Shown: positions 19,046-28,899 of the stretch, one piece after another
Numbering within the stretch: the first letter of the stretch is position 1
Layout of the letters: every line of letters starts with the position of its first letter
NCBI GenBank assembly: GCA_977020255.1
Contig: CDROCS010003093.1
Span: 1-64,000, forward strand
Reading direction: 5' to 3'
Length of the DNA stretch: 64,000 nt
DNA from: Obrimoposthia wandeli
Lineage: Eukaryota
The notes under the pieces: model-generated
Database searches by the model: none
What the model was told of the DNA's origin: nothing
Seen by the model: only the letters and a program-made list of their open reading frames with translations
Translations under genes and position numbers: made by a program

Positions 19046-20365
19046 ATGTGGATTCCAAGTACAACTGATAGCAAAATGGGTGTTAATCAGCTGGTAAAAG
19101 CTATCGAGACAGCCATTACGCAACAAACACTAAAAATCGGAGACAGGCTTCCACCTCAACGTATACTCGCCTACAAACTAAACATTAACCCGACCACAGT
19201 ATCTAGAGCCTATCGCAGAGCAGCGGAAAAAGGCTTGGTTGGAGGACAAATTGGCAGGGGAACTTACGTATTAGCGCAAAGTAATGTCGCGCTATTTGCA
19301 CGTTGCTTGCTTGATCAACAACACAGCACCATTGATTTATCTATCAACAAATTAGAATGCGACACTACATTATTAAAGATTAATCAGGATATTCAAGCAG
19401 CTAATATATTTCTAGAACAGGGCCTTTATTATGAATATATAAGTGAACACTTGATCGTACGCTACCAACAAGCCATTAGCCAATGGTTAGCGAGTACACG
19501 ACACTTAACACTAGAGCCAAATCAAATATTGGCTATTCCCAGCTGTCAATACGCCATTCACTTTATCTTCACCAAACTACTTAAACGTGGCGATATTGTA
19601 ATAGTCGAGCAATATACTGCGCCGGGCATAATCAGTGCGGCAAAGGCGCTCGGCTTACGCCTATTTAATTGCAAATGCGATGAACAAGGGCTTATTCCAG
19701 ACGCCTTGAACTCCCTTATTAAACAAACTAACAGTCGTACCTTAATCACTGTTCCATCTAACCAATCCCCTACTGGAACGACTCAGTCAGAACAACGCCG
19801 CCAAGCATTGGCTGACGTAATTATTGCTCAAAATTTACTGGTCATTGAAGAGGATATTTATGGCATGTTCGCCAAGCCCGCACCTTTGGCTAAATACGCA
19901 CCTAAACACACATTACTATTATCCGGCTTCAGTAAATGTTTAAGCGGCGGACACAAAGCAGCATTCATTGCCTCAGCCCACCCTGTTTTAAAGAAACTCA
20001 GTCAATTTGTGGTTGAAACAGTGTGGCTGGTCTCATCAAGCGCCACTAGCCATATAATCACCGCAATTGAAAACCAACATTTAACTGCTGCAATTAAGCA
20101 CGTAAGTTTACAGACGAGAGAAAAGAACAAAATTTTAAGTAAAATTCTTGATATAGACCTTTGCTTAACTAATCCACATCACTGGATGCGCAGTAATGAT
20201 CAGTTCATCAATAATGCTGCAAAGGCAGGTGTTTTATTAGCGCATAGCGATAATTTTAGTAGTGATAGTGAAGCCGGTGTTAATACCCATTATCGTATCA
20301 GCACTAACAGCATAGGGATTGAAAAAGTTAAAAAAGCAGCGATTATATTGTCTAGTTTGACTTGA
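19046..20365 (+). CDS. MocR/GabR-family regulator (GntR wHTH plus PLP aminotransferase domain)
   Basis: LPPQRILA...NPTTVSRAY...GRGTYV; IEEDIYG; SGFSK. Confidence 0.87.
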   Translation: MWIPSTTDSKMGVNQLVKAIETAITQQTLKIGDRLPPQRILAYKLNINPTTVSRAYRRAAEKGLVGGQIGRGTYVLAQSNVALFARCLLDQQHSTIDLSINKLECDTTLLKINQDIQAANIFLEQGLYYEYISEHLIVRYQQAISQWLASTRHLTLEPNQILAIPSCQYAIHFIFTKLLKRGDIVIVEQYTAPGIISAAKALGLRLFNCKCDEQGLIPDALNSLIKQTNSRTLITVPSNQSPTGTTQSEQRRQALADVIIAQNLLVIEEDIYGMFAKPAPLAKYAPKHTLLLSGFSKCLSGGHKAAFIASAHPVLKKLSQFVVETVWLVSSSATSHIITAIENQHLTAAIKHVSLQTREKNKILSKILDIDLCLTNPHHWMRSNDQFINNAAKAGVLLAHSDNFSSDSEAGVNTHYRISTNSIGIEKVKKAAIILSSLT

Positions 20366-20389
20366 GGATGTAAAAGTAATTTTTTAACT

Positions 20390-20965
20390 TTATAGGCAGT
20401 GATCGACCATATCCTCGATTAGCGCTTGTATCTCTTGTTGGTAAACACGGCTATTTATATTGAGTGATAAGCCCTCATCCCTATAGCGTCTGTGAACCAT
20501 ATCCACAGCCCTACTGTATTTTTCACCTTTTTCAAATTTACTGTAGTTAACATCGGGATTGAATTTTGTATAAGTGGATAACAAGCGATAATTTGAGATA
20601 ACAGCGGCTTGTGAGATATTAGCTCTCTCATCATTTTGTGTCTTTAATTGATCATCACTTTGAACAGCCCGTATGAATAAGTTTTCTAATAGCAGTGCTT
20701 TATTTTCAATCAACTGTTCACGCTGTTCATCAGTAAGCAATTTGCCTTGACCTATATAATCTACACTTTCTGCTCGTTGCGCTTTAATGTAAATCTGTTC
20801 ACTCAATTTTTTATAGCAAGATGAGCCCAAACATTCATAGTGACCCTCATCAAAAAGCACGATATGAATACGTTTAAATACACTGTGATTGCAGCCTTTA
20901 TAATCACACCGAACACGCTTATGAGGACTAACTTCAACAACCATTAACAATGTTACTTGTTGCAT
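20390..20965 (-). CDS. Hypothetical protein with Cys/His-rich N-terminus
   Basis: 191-aa ORF filling the intergenic space; RCDYKGCNHSVFKRIH...CLGSSCY. Confidence 0.7.
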   Translation of the reverse strand: MQQVTLLMVVEVSPHKRVRCDYKGCNHSVFKRIHIVLFDEGHYECLGSSCYKKLSEQIYIKAQRAESVDYIGQGKLLTDEQREQLIENKALLLENLFIRAVQSDDQLKTQNDERANISQAAVISNYRLLSTYTKFNPDVNYSKFEKGEKYSRAVDMVHRRYRDEGLSLNINSRVYQQEIQALIEDMVDHCL

Positions 20966-21014
20966 CTATGCTCAACCTTATATGTGCAACGATATCTTAC
21001 CAAGGCTGGTGAGC

Positions 21015-21527
21015 TTATTTTTTCCAATTAGCCCAAGGGTCGTCAGAAACAGGGGCTGATTCATTATCAGATCTTGGAGATGATTTATAAGCAGGTTTAC
21101 TTCGCCCTTGCGAAAAGTTCTTAGACCCTGATGAGCGAGATCCACCGCTTTTTTTGTATTCAGCGGCTTTTTTCTCGCGCTTTGCTTGTAGTTGCAGTGC
21201 ATCTTCTAGTGATAGCTCAGCTGGCTGACCCGCAACTTGACCTTCAGGAACAACACGATCTCTTGGAGGATATTTAAACTGCTCAGAAGATGCTCTAGGA
21301 AAACCTTTATAATCATACATATAAAAGCCTTCTACTTTTTCACGCGCCCAATCAGTCTTCTTTAAAAACCTCACACTTGAATCGACACTCGGGTTAGTTT
21401 TAAAGCAGTTGATATTTAGATAGGCAAATAATATGTCAAAACCGTATTGACTGACCAATTCTTCCAGCATTTTTTTAAGACTAACCCCATTTAAAGGATT
21501 ATTTTTGTACTGAATTTCGTTGCTCAT
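21015..21527 (-). CDS. VF530/DUF2132-family putative DNA-binding protein with long C-terminal tail
   Basis: NNPLNGVSLKKMLEELV..YG...INCF..NPS..SS..FL.KT.WAREKVE; start taken at ATG 21527. Confidence 0.85.
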   Translation of the reverse strand: MSNEIQYKNNPLNGVSLKKMLEELVSQYGFDILFAYLNINCFKTNPSVDSSVRFLKKTDWAREKVEGFYMYDYKGFPRASSEQFKYPPRDRVVPEGQVAGQPAELSLEDALQLQAKREKKAAEYKKSGGSRSSGSKNFSQGRSKPAYKSSPRSDNESAPVSDDPWANWKK

Positions 21528-21687
21528 ATGTAGACCCAAGTAGAATAATAGTTAAGTAAGTATGCCTTGCAAAACTATTATCCTCGAATCTATGGTCCAG
21601 CGCAAAAAAGAAATGTTGATCCTGCCTTTAAAAGGGAATATCTATTCAATTTTCGCTATTTATCCTGTCATTCTAATGTGCTTAGTT

Positions 21688-22083
21688 TTACACCGTACTT
21701 GGTCTGGCTACGCTATGCTGTGTAGGCTGTGGTGTTACTGTCATTACTTTAACCCCTTTAGGTGATTCAAACCGATGCCAAACGCCGCAAGGCACCACAA
21801 ACACCTGTCCCGCTTGCATTAGATGATAAGTTTCAATGTGGTTCTCTAAGGTAATCAATTGAGTTTCTCCCTCCAAAACCTGTACTAATTCATCCCCTTG
21901 TGGGTGCTGCTCCCATTCACTACTGCCTGCATAGTGGGCTATAAATATACCCCCATCTCTGTATGTAGATAGCAGGCTAAACGCACCTTGCGCCTCTTCT
22001 TCAGTTGTATTGGGAGTTCTATCCCCTAGATAGGTCAGCTTTGAAAGCGCTTCAGTTAAGATAATAACGGATGATTTACTCAT
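21688..22083 (-). CDS. Cupin-domain protein
   Basis: WEQHPQGDELVQVLEG and VPCGVWHRF cupin metal motifs. Confidence 0.85.
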   Translation of the reverse strand: MSKSSVIILTEALSKLTYLGDRTPNTTEEEAQGAFSLLSTYRDGGIFIAHYAGSSEWEQHPQGDELVQVLEGETQLITLENHIETYHLMQAGQVFVVPCGVWHRFESPKGVKVMTVTPQPTQHSVARPSTV

Positions 22084-22123
22084 GACTTCTCTCTCTTTTA
22101 ATATATTGTTTGTAACCGCTAAT

Positions 22124-25100
22124 CTAAGCGGCGATTACTTCATGCTGGAAACGCAACAACGAGGCATACTGCCCATTTAACGTGAGTAGCTGTTGATGTG
22201 TGCCTTGCTCTAGCACTCTTCCTTGATCGAGCACTACAATTTTGTCAGCATCTTCAATACTTGCTAACCGATGCGCGATAACTAAAGTTGTCCGGTGTTT
22301 CATTAACTTTGCTAATGCGGTATGCACAGCCGCTTCGCTAATAGCATCTAAGTGTGACGTTGCCTCATCTAAAATAAGTACCGGTGCGTCCCGCAAAAAT
22401 GCTCTAGCGATAGATAGCCGCTGACACTGCCCGCCCGAAAGAGAAAAGCCCCTTTCTCCGACAACTGTATTTATCCCCTGTGGCTGCTTGGTAATAAAAT
22501 CAGATAATTGTGCCGCCTCTACTGCTGCAAACAACTCTTCATCAGTTGCTTTAGGCTTCGCCATGAGGAGGTTTTCTTTAATAGTATCGTTAAACAAGTA
22601 AGTATCTTGAGCGACAATAGAAACATAGCCTCTAAATTGTTCTAATGCTATATCTTGAATATTGACTTTATCCGTTAGATTATCACTCTTATCCTCTAGC
22701 CAAATACCGCCTTGCTGAGGGTCCCAAAAGCGCATCAATAAGTGTGCAATAGTGCTTTTTCCTGCCCCTGACGCCCCCACTAACGCAACTTTAGTCCCCG
22801 CTTCTATATCTAGGTTTAAATCATTAATGACTGGAGCATCAAACATTGACGAGTAACTAAAACGAATACCCTTAAAGTGCACACTCAATGCGCGATGGCC
22901 TACTTTACTTTGATTAAAAACAGCCGTTTTCGAGCCTGCATCTACAACCACCGCTTTCGTTAGCTCCACTTGCATCAATCGTCTGGTTGCCGCTAATGTC
23001 TCAGAAAGTTGGCGCCCCACATCTGCTACTTCTATGACAGGTAAAAAAGCCATTACTGCTGCCAGTGCAATTAGGGGTAAATACACGACATTAAATGTGC
23101 CTGAGCTAGCGATTGGTGCTGCAATAACTAGCAATAATAAGGCACTACTCAAGGTGATGAATTCTACTAACACACCCTGCCCCGCACTGATTTTAAAAAA
23201 TGACAGTCGCTGCTTGTTATGCTCTTTTATTAAGCTTTTATATTGGGTACGTCGTTTATCTGTCGCCTGGTAATTCAATAACTCTGCTAAACCTTGTAAG
23301 TTCTCTATACTGTGAGCTGATAAGCGTGCAAGTTGATTTCGCGCTTTAGCCGCAGCACTGTCTATACGTGTTCGAAACATGATAGGCATAGCGAACACTA
23401 AAACAATGAATGGTACTAATGCGATGGCTAATATGGGCGAGAAGCTAGCTAACATCAGTAATACTGCACTAGGAACAATCACCGCGACGAATACAGGAGC
23501 AATGGTATGCGCAAAAAAGTACTCAATCATTTCAATATCATGAGTTGCCAAGTTGATTAGGTCTCCGCTGCGATGTTTTACCATAAATGCAGGAGCCAGT
23601 TGCTCAAGCTTTCGAAACAGATTGATACGCATTTTGGATAACATTCTAAATGCCATATCATGCGCTACCCAAGACTCAAACCAATGTACGAGCGCTGCTG
23701 TGATAGCACTTACTATTAACAATTGAGTCCATACACTGTAATCAGCACCTGTTTTCACTGCAGCGGCTGCTAGTGCAGAAAAAACACTCACTCCTATGTA
23801 ACTAAATACCCTAACAACGCCAAAGGTAAAGGTCAGAAATAAGCGGCCTTTGTAATCTTTTGCAAAAGATAACAGCATAACTAAAACATTTCGCCAGCTA
23901 TAATTTTCACCGTTTAGTATGTTGTCTTGCTCAGTTTCAGTGCTTTTATACTCTAAACCCGCGCGTTTAATATTATCCTCCACCGTTGCTAGCTGTATTT
24001 CACTTTTAGACTCATGCTCTACTTTACTAAATGCATTACTCGCTCGATTAATCGATAATTGTGATGCCATTAAGCGTGCATACTTCGCTTGTTTATTGAT
24101 CAACTGCGCATGCGTACCCTGCTCTGCTACCGCACCATCACTTAACAAAATAATTTTATCGCAATTGATAATGCTGCCTAATCTATGGGCGAATATTAGT
24201 GTCGTTCGCCCCTGCATCAGCTTATTTAACGCACTTTGTATTTGTGTCTCGTTTTTGGCATCCACAGACGATAACGCTTCATCTAAAATGAGAATCGGTG
24301 CATCTCGAAGCAGTGCCCGCGCAATAGCGATGCGTTGGCGCTGCCCACCAGATAAACGTGTTCCTTGCTCTCCTATGACAGTATCGTAGCCATACTCTAA
24401 TTGCATAATAAATTGATGTGCATTCGCAGCTTTTGCCGCTTCGATAATCTCCTCACCTGATGAGTGCTCGCTGCCTAACAACAAATTCTCTTTTATGCTG
24501 GCGTGAAATAAATAAGTGCTTTGACTGACGACAGAAAACAGTGATCTAAGTTGCGCAACAGGTATATCTTGAATGTCTGTGCCGCCAATTTTTATGGATC
24601 CTTGTTGAGGTTGATAAAAGCGTAATAGTAGGTTTAAAATTGTCGATTTACCTCCGCCACTTGACCCTACCACGCCTACTTGTTCTGAATCTGCCACTGC
24701 AAAGCTCAATTGATTGTGGACTAAGTTGGTGACTTGAGTTTGAGTATCATCTTTATCATCTTCACCGCTAACCCTTGCACTGCTACGCGCTGCATAGGCA
24801 AAGTCTACATTCTCAAAACTAATCGACATATCTTTGAGCCTAACGTTTGCGACTTGCTTGTCTAAGGCTTGAGTCTCTAGAGTTTCGCTTTTAGCCTCCA
24901 ACACTTCAAAGATTTGTTTCGCTGCCGATTGCGCCAACATACCTGCATGCATGAGTGAGCGTAATTCACGTAGCGGTTTAAACACCTCTACTCCTAATAG
25001 CAAAATTAGCAATAAGCTTTCGTAAGACATAAGGCCTTCACTTACTCTATAGGCCGAAACGGTCAGTGCTGATGCAGCACCTAGTGTAATACCTATATCA

Positions 25101-25837
25101 GTGATACCGCGAGCAAGTGAATTAGTTGCCATTAGCCACATCGTCGTTTGAAATAGCTCGTGGGCTTTTTTCGCTAGCTTATTCTCTCTCGCCTTACTTT
25201 GACCAAAGGCCTTAAGTGTCACTAAGCCTTGTAATGCATCTAAAAACTCTGAAGCGAATGCTCTATATGCAACAGAGCGAGCCATTGATAGTTTACTGTC
25301 CCAACGCTGAAACAAACTTGGAGCGAACAAGGTAAACAACGAAGCCACTAGTAGTAGGCATGCAACAGGTAAATCGATAAAAGAGACGACTGCGAAAATA
25401 ACAAAAGGAGTGATACCTGCAACAAACAGTTGAGGCAGGTATTGTCCAAAATATATTTCTAACTGCTCTACGCCTTCAACTATCGTATTACTTATTTCCC
25501 CGCTTCGCTGATTGGAGAAATAAGCAGGCCCTAGGTCAATTAATTGATCAAACAGCTTGGTGCGTATTACCCCCTGCACAATGGCCGCCGTTCGTTGCGT
25601 AAGTAGTAAGCGCTGATACTCCAATAATGAATAACTGGCCATCAGCACTAATGTTCCTAACACCAGTGGCCATACTTGTAAGATTTGCTGCCCAGCCATT
25701 AGCTCACCAATGAGCCAACCTAGCATCAACAATCTGCTCATTCCGATAACAGACCCTATTAAGCCAATAGTAATTGAGCCTATAATTTTAGGTCGTACTG
25801 TTTTAGTGAGTGACCACAATTTTTTATTAAAATACAT
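22124..25837 (-). CDS. Single-chain ABC exporter (TMD-NBD-TMD-NBD), CydD-CydC-like fusion
   Basis: Two complete NBDs (GSSGGGKST/LSGGQ/LDEA/AHRL and GASGAGKST/LSGGQ/LDEA/AHRL); CydD-like YLPQ, LKAFG, FKPLREL; CydC-like FESWVAHDMAFR. Confidence 0.85.
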   Translation of the reverse strand: MYFNKKLWSLTKTVRPKIIGSITIGLIGSVIGMSRLLMLGWLIGELMAGQQILQVWPLVLGTLVLMASYSLLEYQRLLLTQRTAAIVQGVIRTKLFDQLIDLGPAYFSNQRSGEISNTIVEGVEQLEIYFGQYLPQLFVAGITPFVIFAVVSFIDLPVACLLLVASLFTLFAPSLFQRWDSKLSMARSVAYRAFASEFLDALQGLVTLKAFGQSKARENKLAKKAHELFQTTMWLMATNSLARGITDIGITLGAASALTVSAYRVSEGLMSYESLLLILLLGVEVFKPLRELRSLMHAGMLAQSAAKQIFEVLEAKSETLETQALDKQVANVRLKDMSISFENVDFAYAARSSARVSGEDDKDDTQTQVTNLVHNQLSFAVADSEQVGVVGSSGGGKSTILNLLLRFYQPQQGSIKIGGTDIQDIPVAQLRSLFSVVSQSTYLFHASIKENLLLGSEHSSGEEIIEAAKAANAHQFIMQLEYGYDTVIGEQGTRLSGGQRQRIAIARALLRDAPILILDEALSSVDAKNETQIQSALNKLMQGRTTLIFAHRLGSIINCDKIILLSDGAVAEQGTHAQLINKQAKYARLMASQLSINRASNAFSKVEHESKSEIQLATVEDNIKRAGLEYKSTETEQDNILNGENYSWRNVLVMLLSFAKDYKGRLFLTFTFGVVRVFSYIGVSVFSALAAAAVKTGADYSVWTQLLIVSAITAALVHWFESWVAHDMAFRMLSKMRINLFRKLEQLAPAFMVKHRSGDLINLATHDIEMIEYFFAHTIAPVFVAVIVPSAVLLMLASFSPILAIALVPFIVLVFAMPIMFRTRIDSAAAKARNQLARLSAHSIENLQGLAELLNYQATDKRRTQYKSLIKEHNKQRLSFFKISAGQGVLVEFITLSSALLLLVIAAPIASSGTFNVVYLPLIALAAVMAFLPVIEVADVGRQLSETLAATRRLMQVELTKAVVVDAGSKTAVFNQSKVGHRALSVHFKGIRFSYSSMFDAPVINDLNLDIEAGTKVALVGASGAGKSTIAHLLMRFWDPQQGGIWLEDKSDNLTDKVNIQDIALEQFRGYVSIVAQDTYLFNDTIKENLLMAKPKATDEELFAAVEAAQLSDFITKQPQGINTVVGERGFSLSGGQCQRLSIARAFLRDAPVLILDEATSHLDAISEAAVHTALAKLMKHRTTLVIAHRLASIEDADKIVVLDQGRVLEQGTHQQLLTLNGQYASLLRFQHEVIAA

Positions 25838-26003
25838 TCACAGCATCCTTGATAATAATGATAGACATATCTGCCTTAAACTCAGATTACTCTTAATGTA
25901 TTTGTATGGCTCTAAACAATTTTTAATATCACTTATACATATTTGTATAGTGTTTTTTCGCTATATCGCTGTAATATAAAGCCAAATAATACTAGGAAGA
26001 TAT

Positions 26004-26912
26004 ATGAGTCTTGATTGGGATGATTTAAAAGTATTTTTGGCTATACACGAAAACGGGACGTTATCTGCCGCCGCACGTACGCTAAAAGTGAGTCAGCCTA
26101 CCGTCAGTAGACGCTTAAAATCATTAGAGGACAACCTAGGTACACTGTTGTTTGATCGGCTACCCGATGGCCTCGCCCTAACATCTCATGCAGAGCGCTT
26201 ACTCCCTTTAGCAAAAGACATGGAACAAGCGGCAAGCGCAGTGCACCGCCAACAAGCCAATTTTAATGAAGAGCTTACGGGGGATATTTCAGGCAGTGTG
26301 CGTATATCAATGTATGAGCAAGTGGCACAATTTGTAGTACCCCATTTAAGCGCACTGCGTAAAAAATGCCCTAACATTGAAATTGAAATAGCCATTACCC
26401 ATACCGCTGCCAACTTATCCAGACGCGAAGCTGATATTAGCATTCGTAAATGTATACCTGACTTACCCGATATCATTGCTAAAAAATTGGGCCACTATCA
26501 CTATGCTATCTACGGTAGCGATACTTACATAGAGCAAAACCCAATCGCTTTAACTCAGCATCGCTTTGATGCTTGTGATTGGATAGGCTTTGATGAAGAA
26601 CATATTTATTTTAGCAGTCAAAAATGGCTGAGAAAGAAACTAGGTAAAAAGCTCCCTGTCATTCGATCTAACAATGGCGTCACGATTCTAGACGCTATAA
26701 GCCAAGACTGTGGATTAGGCATATTACCTTGCTTTGTTGGGGATAGAATAGCCAATTTACAAAAGCTACAAAGCGTGGCCGACGATAGCGCCTACCTCTA
26801 CCTACTTTTTCACAAAGATATGAAAAAATCACCCGCTATTAGATTAATAATGCAGGCTCTAATAGAGATGTTCGATGATCACCACGCTATTTTTCATGGG
26901 GCCGATCATTAG
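26004..26912 (+). CDS. LysR-family regulator, divergent from the fused ABC exporter
   Basis: WDDLKVFLAI...GTLSAAARTLKVSQPTVSRRL; LSRREADISIR. Confidence 0.92.
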   Translation: MSLDWDDLKVFLAIHENGTLSAAARTLKVSQPTVSRRLKSLEDNLGTLLFDRLPDGLALTSHAERLLPLAKDMEQAASAVHRQQANFNEELTGDISGSVRISMYEQVAQFVVPHLSALRKKCPNIEIEIAITHTAANLSRREADISIRKCIPDLPDIIAKKLGHYHYAIYGSDTYIEQNPIALTQHRFDACDWIGFDEEHIYFSSQKWLRKKLGKKLPVIRSNNGVTILDAISQDCGLGILPCFVGDRIANLQKLQSVADDSAYLYLLFHKDMKKSPAIRLIMQALIEMFDDHHAIFHGADH

Positions 26913-27007
26913 ATCGGCTATCTCGCACGTTCTCAGAAAACACTTCCGTTTTTGATTAATAAAGCTTCTCACATATATCTCTAAAATCGATGTAACCGTT
27001 AGGTTCG

Positions 27008-27883
27008 CTATTGATTACGCCTGCTTTTAAGTAATAAAAACAACCCACTGGCAATAACGATAGCTCCACCTATCAATGCGTATTGATCAGGTAATTGTGC
27101 AAAGAACACCCACCCCAAAATAATTGCCCAAAATATTTGCGTATACATAAAAGGCGCGACAATAGTCGCGGCTGTAAATTGGTGTGCAGCTATAATTAAA
27201 CTGTGCGCCACACCGCCAAATAGCCCGATAGAAAGTAGCGCCCCCCACTGCGCCCAACCCTGTGGTGATTGCCAAAACCAAGGCACGATTATAGAACTAA
27301 CTACTGCGCCTATCATGGCAGTATAAAAAAGTGTGACATATAAAGGGTCTGCATTGGCAAGTTTTCTGGTAATGACATTATACAAAGCAGCACAACACGC
27401 AGAACCAAAGATAAATAGCGCGCCAAGGGCTAAATCACTGTCCCCTGTTTGACTGATATCGGGCCTGACAATTATCAATGTGCCAGCAAAGCCAACACCA
27501 ATTGCTAACATTGTTGATGTACGTACCCGCTCTTGCAAAATAAATATAGACAGCACTATAACCAAAGCAGGGACGGTAAAGAAAATAGCGGTGGCTTCAG
27601 CCAAGCCGATCATCGTTAAACCATAAAAAAACAACGCAGTATCGAGTAATAAAATAACAGAGCGAACAATCTGCATCGATAAGATATTTGCACGTATTAT
27701 ACTGCTTCCATATTTAGGCCATAATACAACTAACATGAGTAATAAATGCCCTAAGTAGCGCGCCCATACAACTTGCGCGATGGGTAATATCTCGCCTAAA
27801 TATTTAGCGAATGCCTCCTGCACTGATATAAAGGCCATTGCAGCTAACATACACAATATACCTTTGGATTGATCTGTAAGCAT
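27008..27883 (-). CDS. DMT/EamA-family transporter
   Basis: Ten hydrophobic segments in two repeats; LAEATAIFFTVP, LQERV, VAPFMYTQI. Confidence 0.9.
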   Translation of the reverse strand: MLTDQSKGILCMLAAMAFISVQEAFAKYLGEILPIAQVVWARYLGHLLLMLVVLWPKYGSSIIRANILSMQIVRSVILLLDTALFFYGLTMIGLAEATAIFFTVPALVIVLSIFILQERVRTSTMLAIGVGFAGTLIIVRPDISQTGDSDLALGALFIFGSACCAALYNVITRKLANADPLYVTLFYTAMIGAVVSSIIVPWFWQSPQGWAQWGALLSIGLFGGVAHSLIIAAHQFTAATIVAPFMYTQIFWAIILGWVFFAQLPDQYALIGGAIVIASGLFLLLKSRRNQ

Positions 27884-28341
27884 ATGAGTCCATCTATAGT
27901 AGTTTAAGGCTGTGGGTGATCTAGTATCTATACTGAGTGCTAATATACGTAAACCTGTTTACTCTGTATTATCTTAAACAACGTTAAATACAAGTTTGGC
28001 GGTATGCTTCCCAAATCAGCAGTGAGCTATTTAATTGTAAATAATGTCAAACTACCGGTTTTAGGATTATTGACCTTAGCTTTATAGCACACTTTTGGAC
28101 TTATCTATCGGATGAATACATGACAACATTTACCCTCTGGCAACTAATATCAAATTAGTGCTTTGTATCTGACAAATTACTCCGCAATAAAAGCCTAAAC
28201 TCCCGTCGTTTATGTAATAATTAGCCTAACCTGCACCTCTAGCAGCACTTCACTATTCAAACTTGAGAACTCACCTTGCCACAGTTTTTTTCAACTCATC
28301 ATAGATCACATAATATGCCTTTTACTCTAGCCAGTTTTCGC

Positions 28342-28800
28342 ATGCACAGTATTTTGTTGCCAAGCTTTATACTACTGCTATTTACGCTTTTATTTTCGGT
28401 AACTGTTGCTGCTAAAACGAAAGAAGGGATAGATTTAGAAGCGGTAATGAAGCAAATGCGTTTTGAATACACTCAAGCGATGAAAACTGACTCAGCTGAT
28501 AAATTTACTCAGCACATTATAGAGTTCAAGCGTCAATTGGAAATCGCCAAGAAATTCCCGCATTCTAAAGAGCGCCTGGAAAAAGCAACGGAGGGATTAA
28601 ACAAGGTAAGTGATGCTATCAATGCCGTAGATATCCCTGTTAGTTCTGATAGCTTACAGAGAGTAAAAAAGAGTCTTTATGTGATCGACGATCTAAGGAA
28701 TCAATATCATGACAAAAAGCCAAGTTTATGGCAGAGGTTTTACGAAATGTTTTTTGGAACACCTGAAGGAGTAGAAAAACTGGTTCTATTAGAAGACTAA
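28342..28800 (+). CDS. Periplasmic cytochrome b562-family protein
   Basis: Signal peptide, DLEAVMKQM (Met ligand), RNQYH (His ligand); start uncertain (28276, 28315 or 28342). Confidence 0.78.
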   Translation: MHSILLPSFILLLFTLLFSVTVAAKTKEGIDLEAVMKQMRFEYTQAMKTDSADKFTQHIIEFKRQLEIAKKFPHSKERLEKATEGLNKVSDAINAVDIPVSSDSLQRVKKSLYVIDDLRNQYHDKKPSLWQRFYEMFFGTPEGVEKLVLLED

Positions 28801-28899
28801 TCAACAGCGAGCCGATCTAAAATATTTAAACCGAGTAAGGCTAGATTCAATAACACGATAAAGAACGCCTTCCTTAAAAGCCGCATAATACCAATATTA

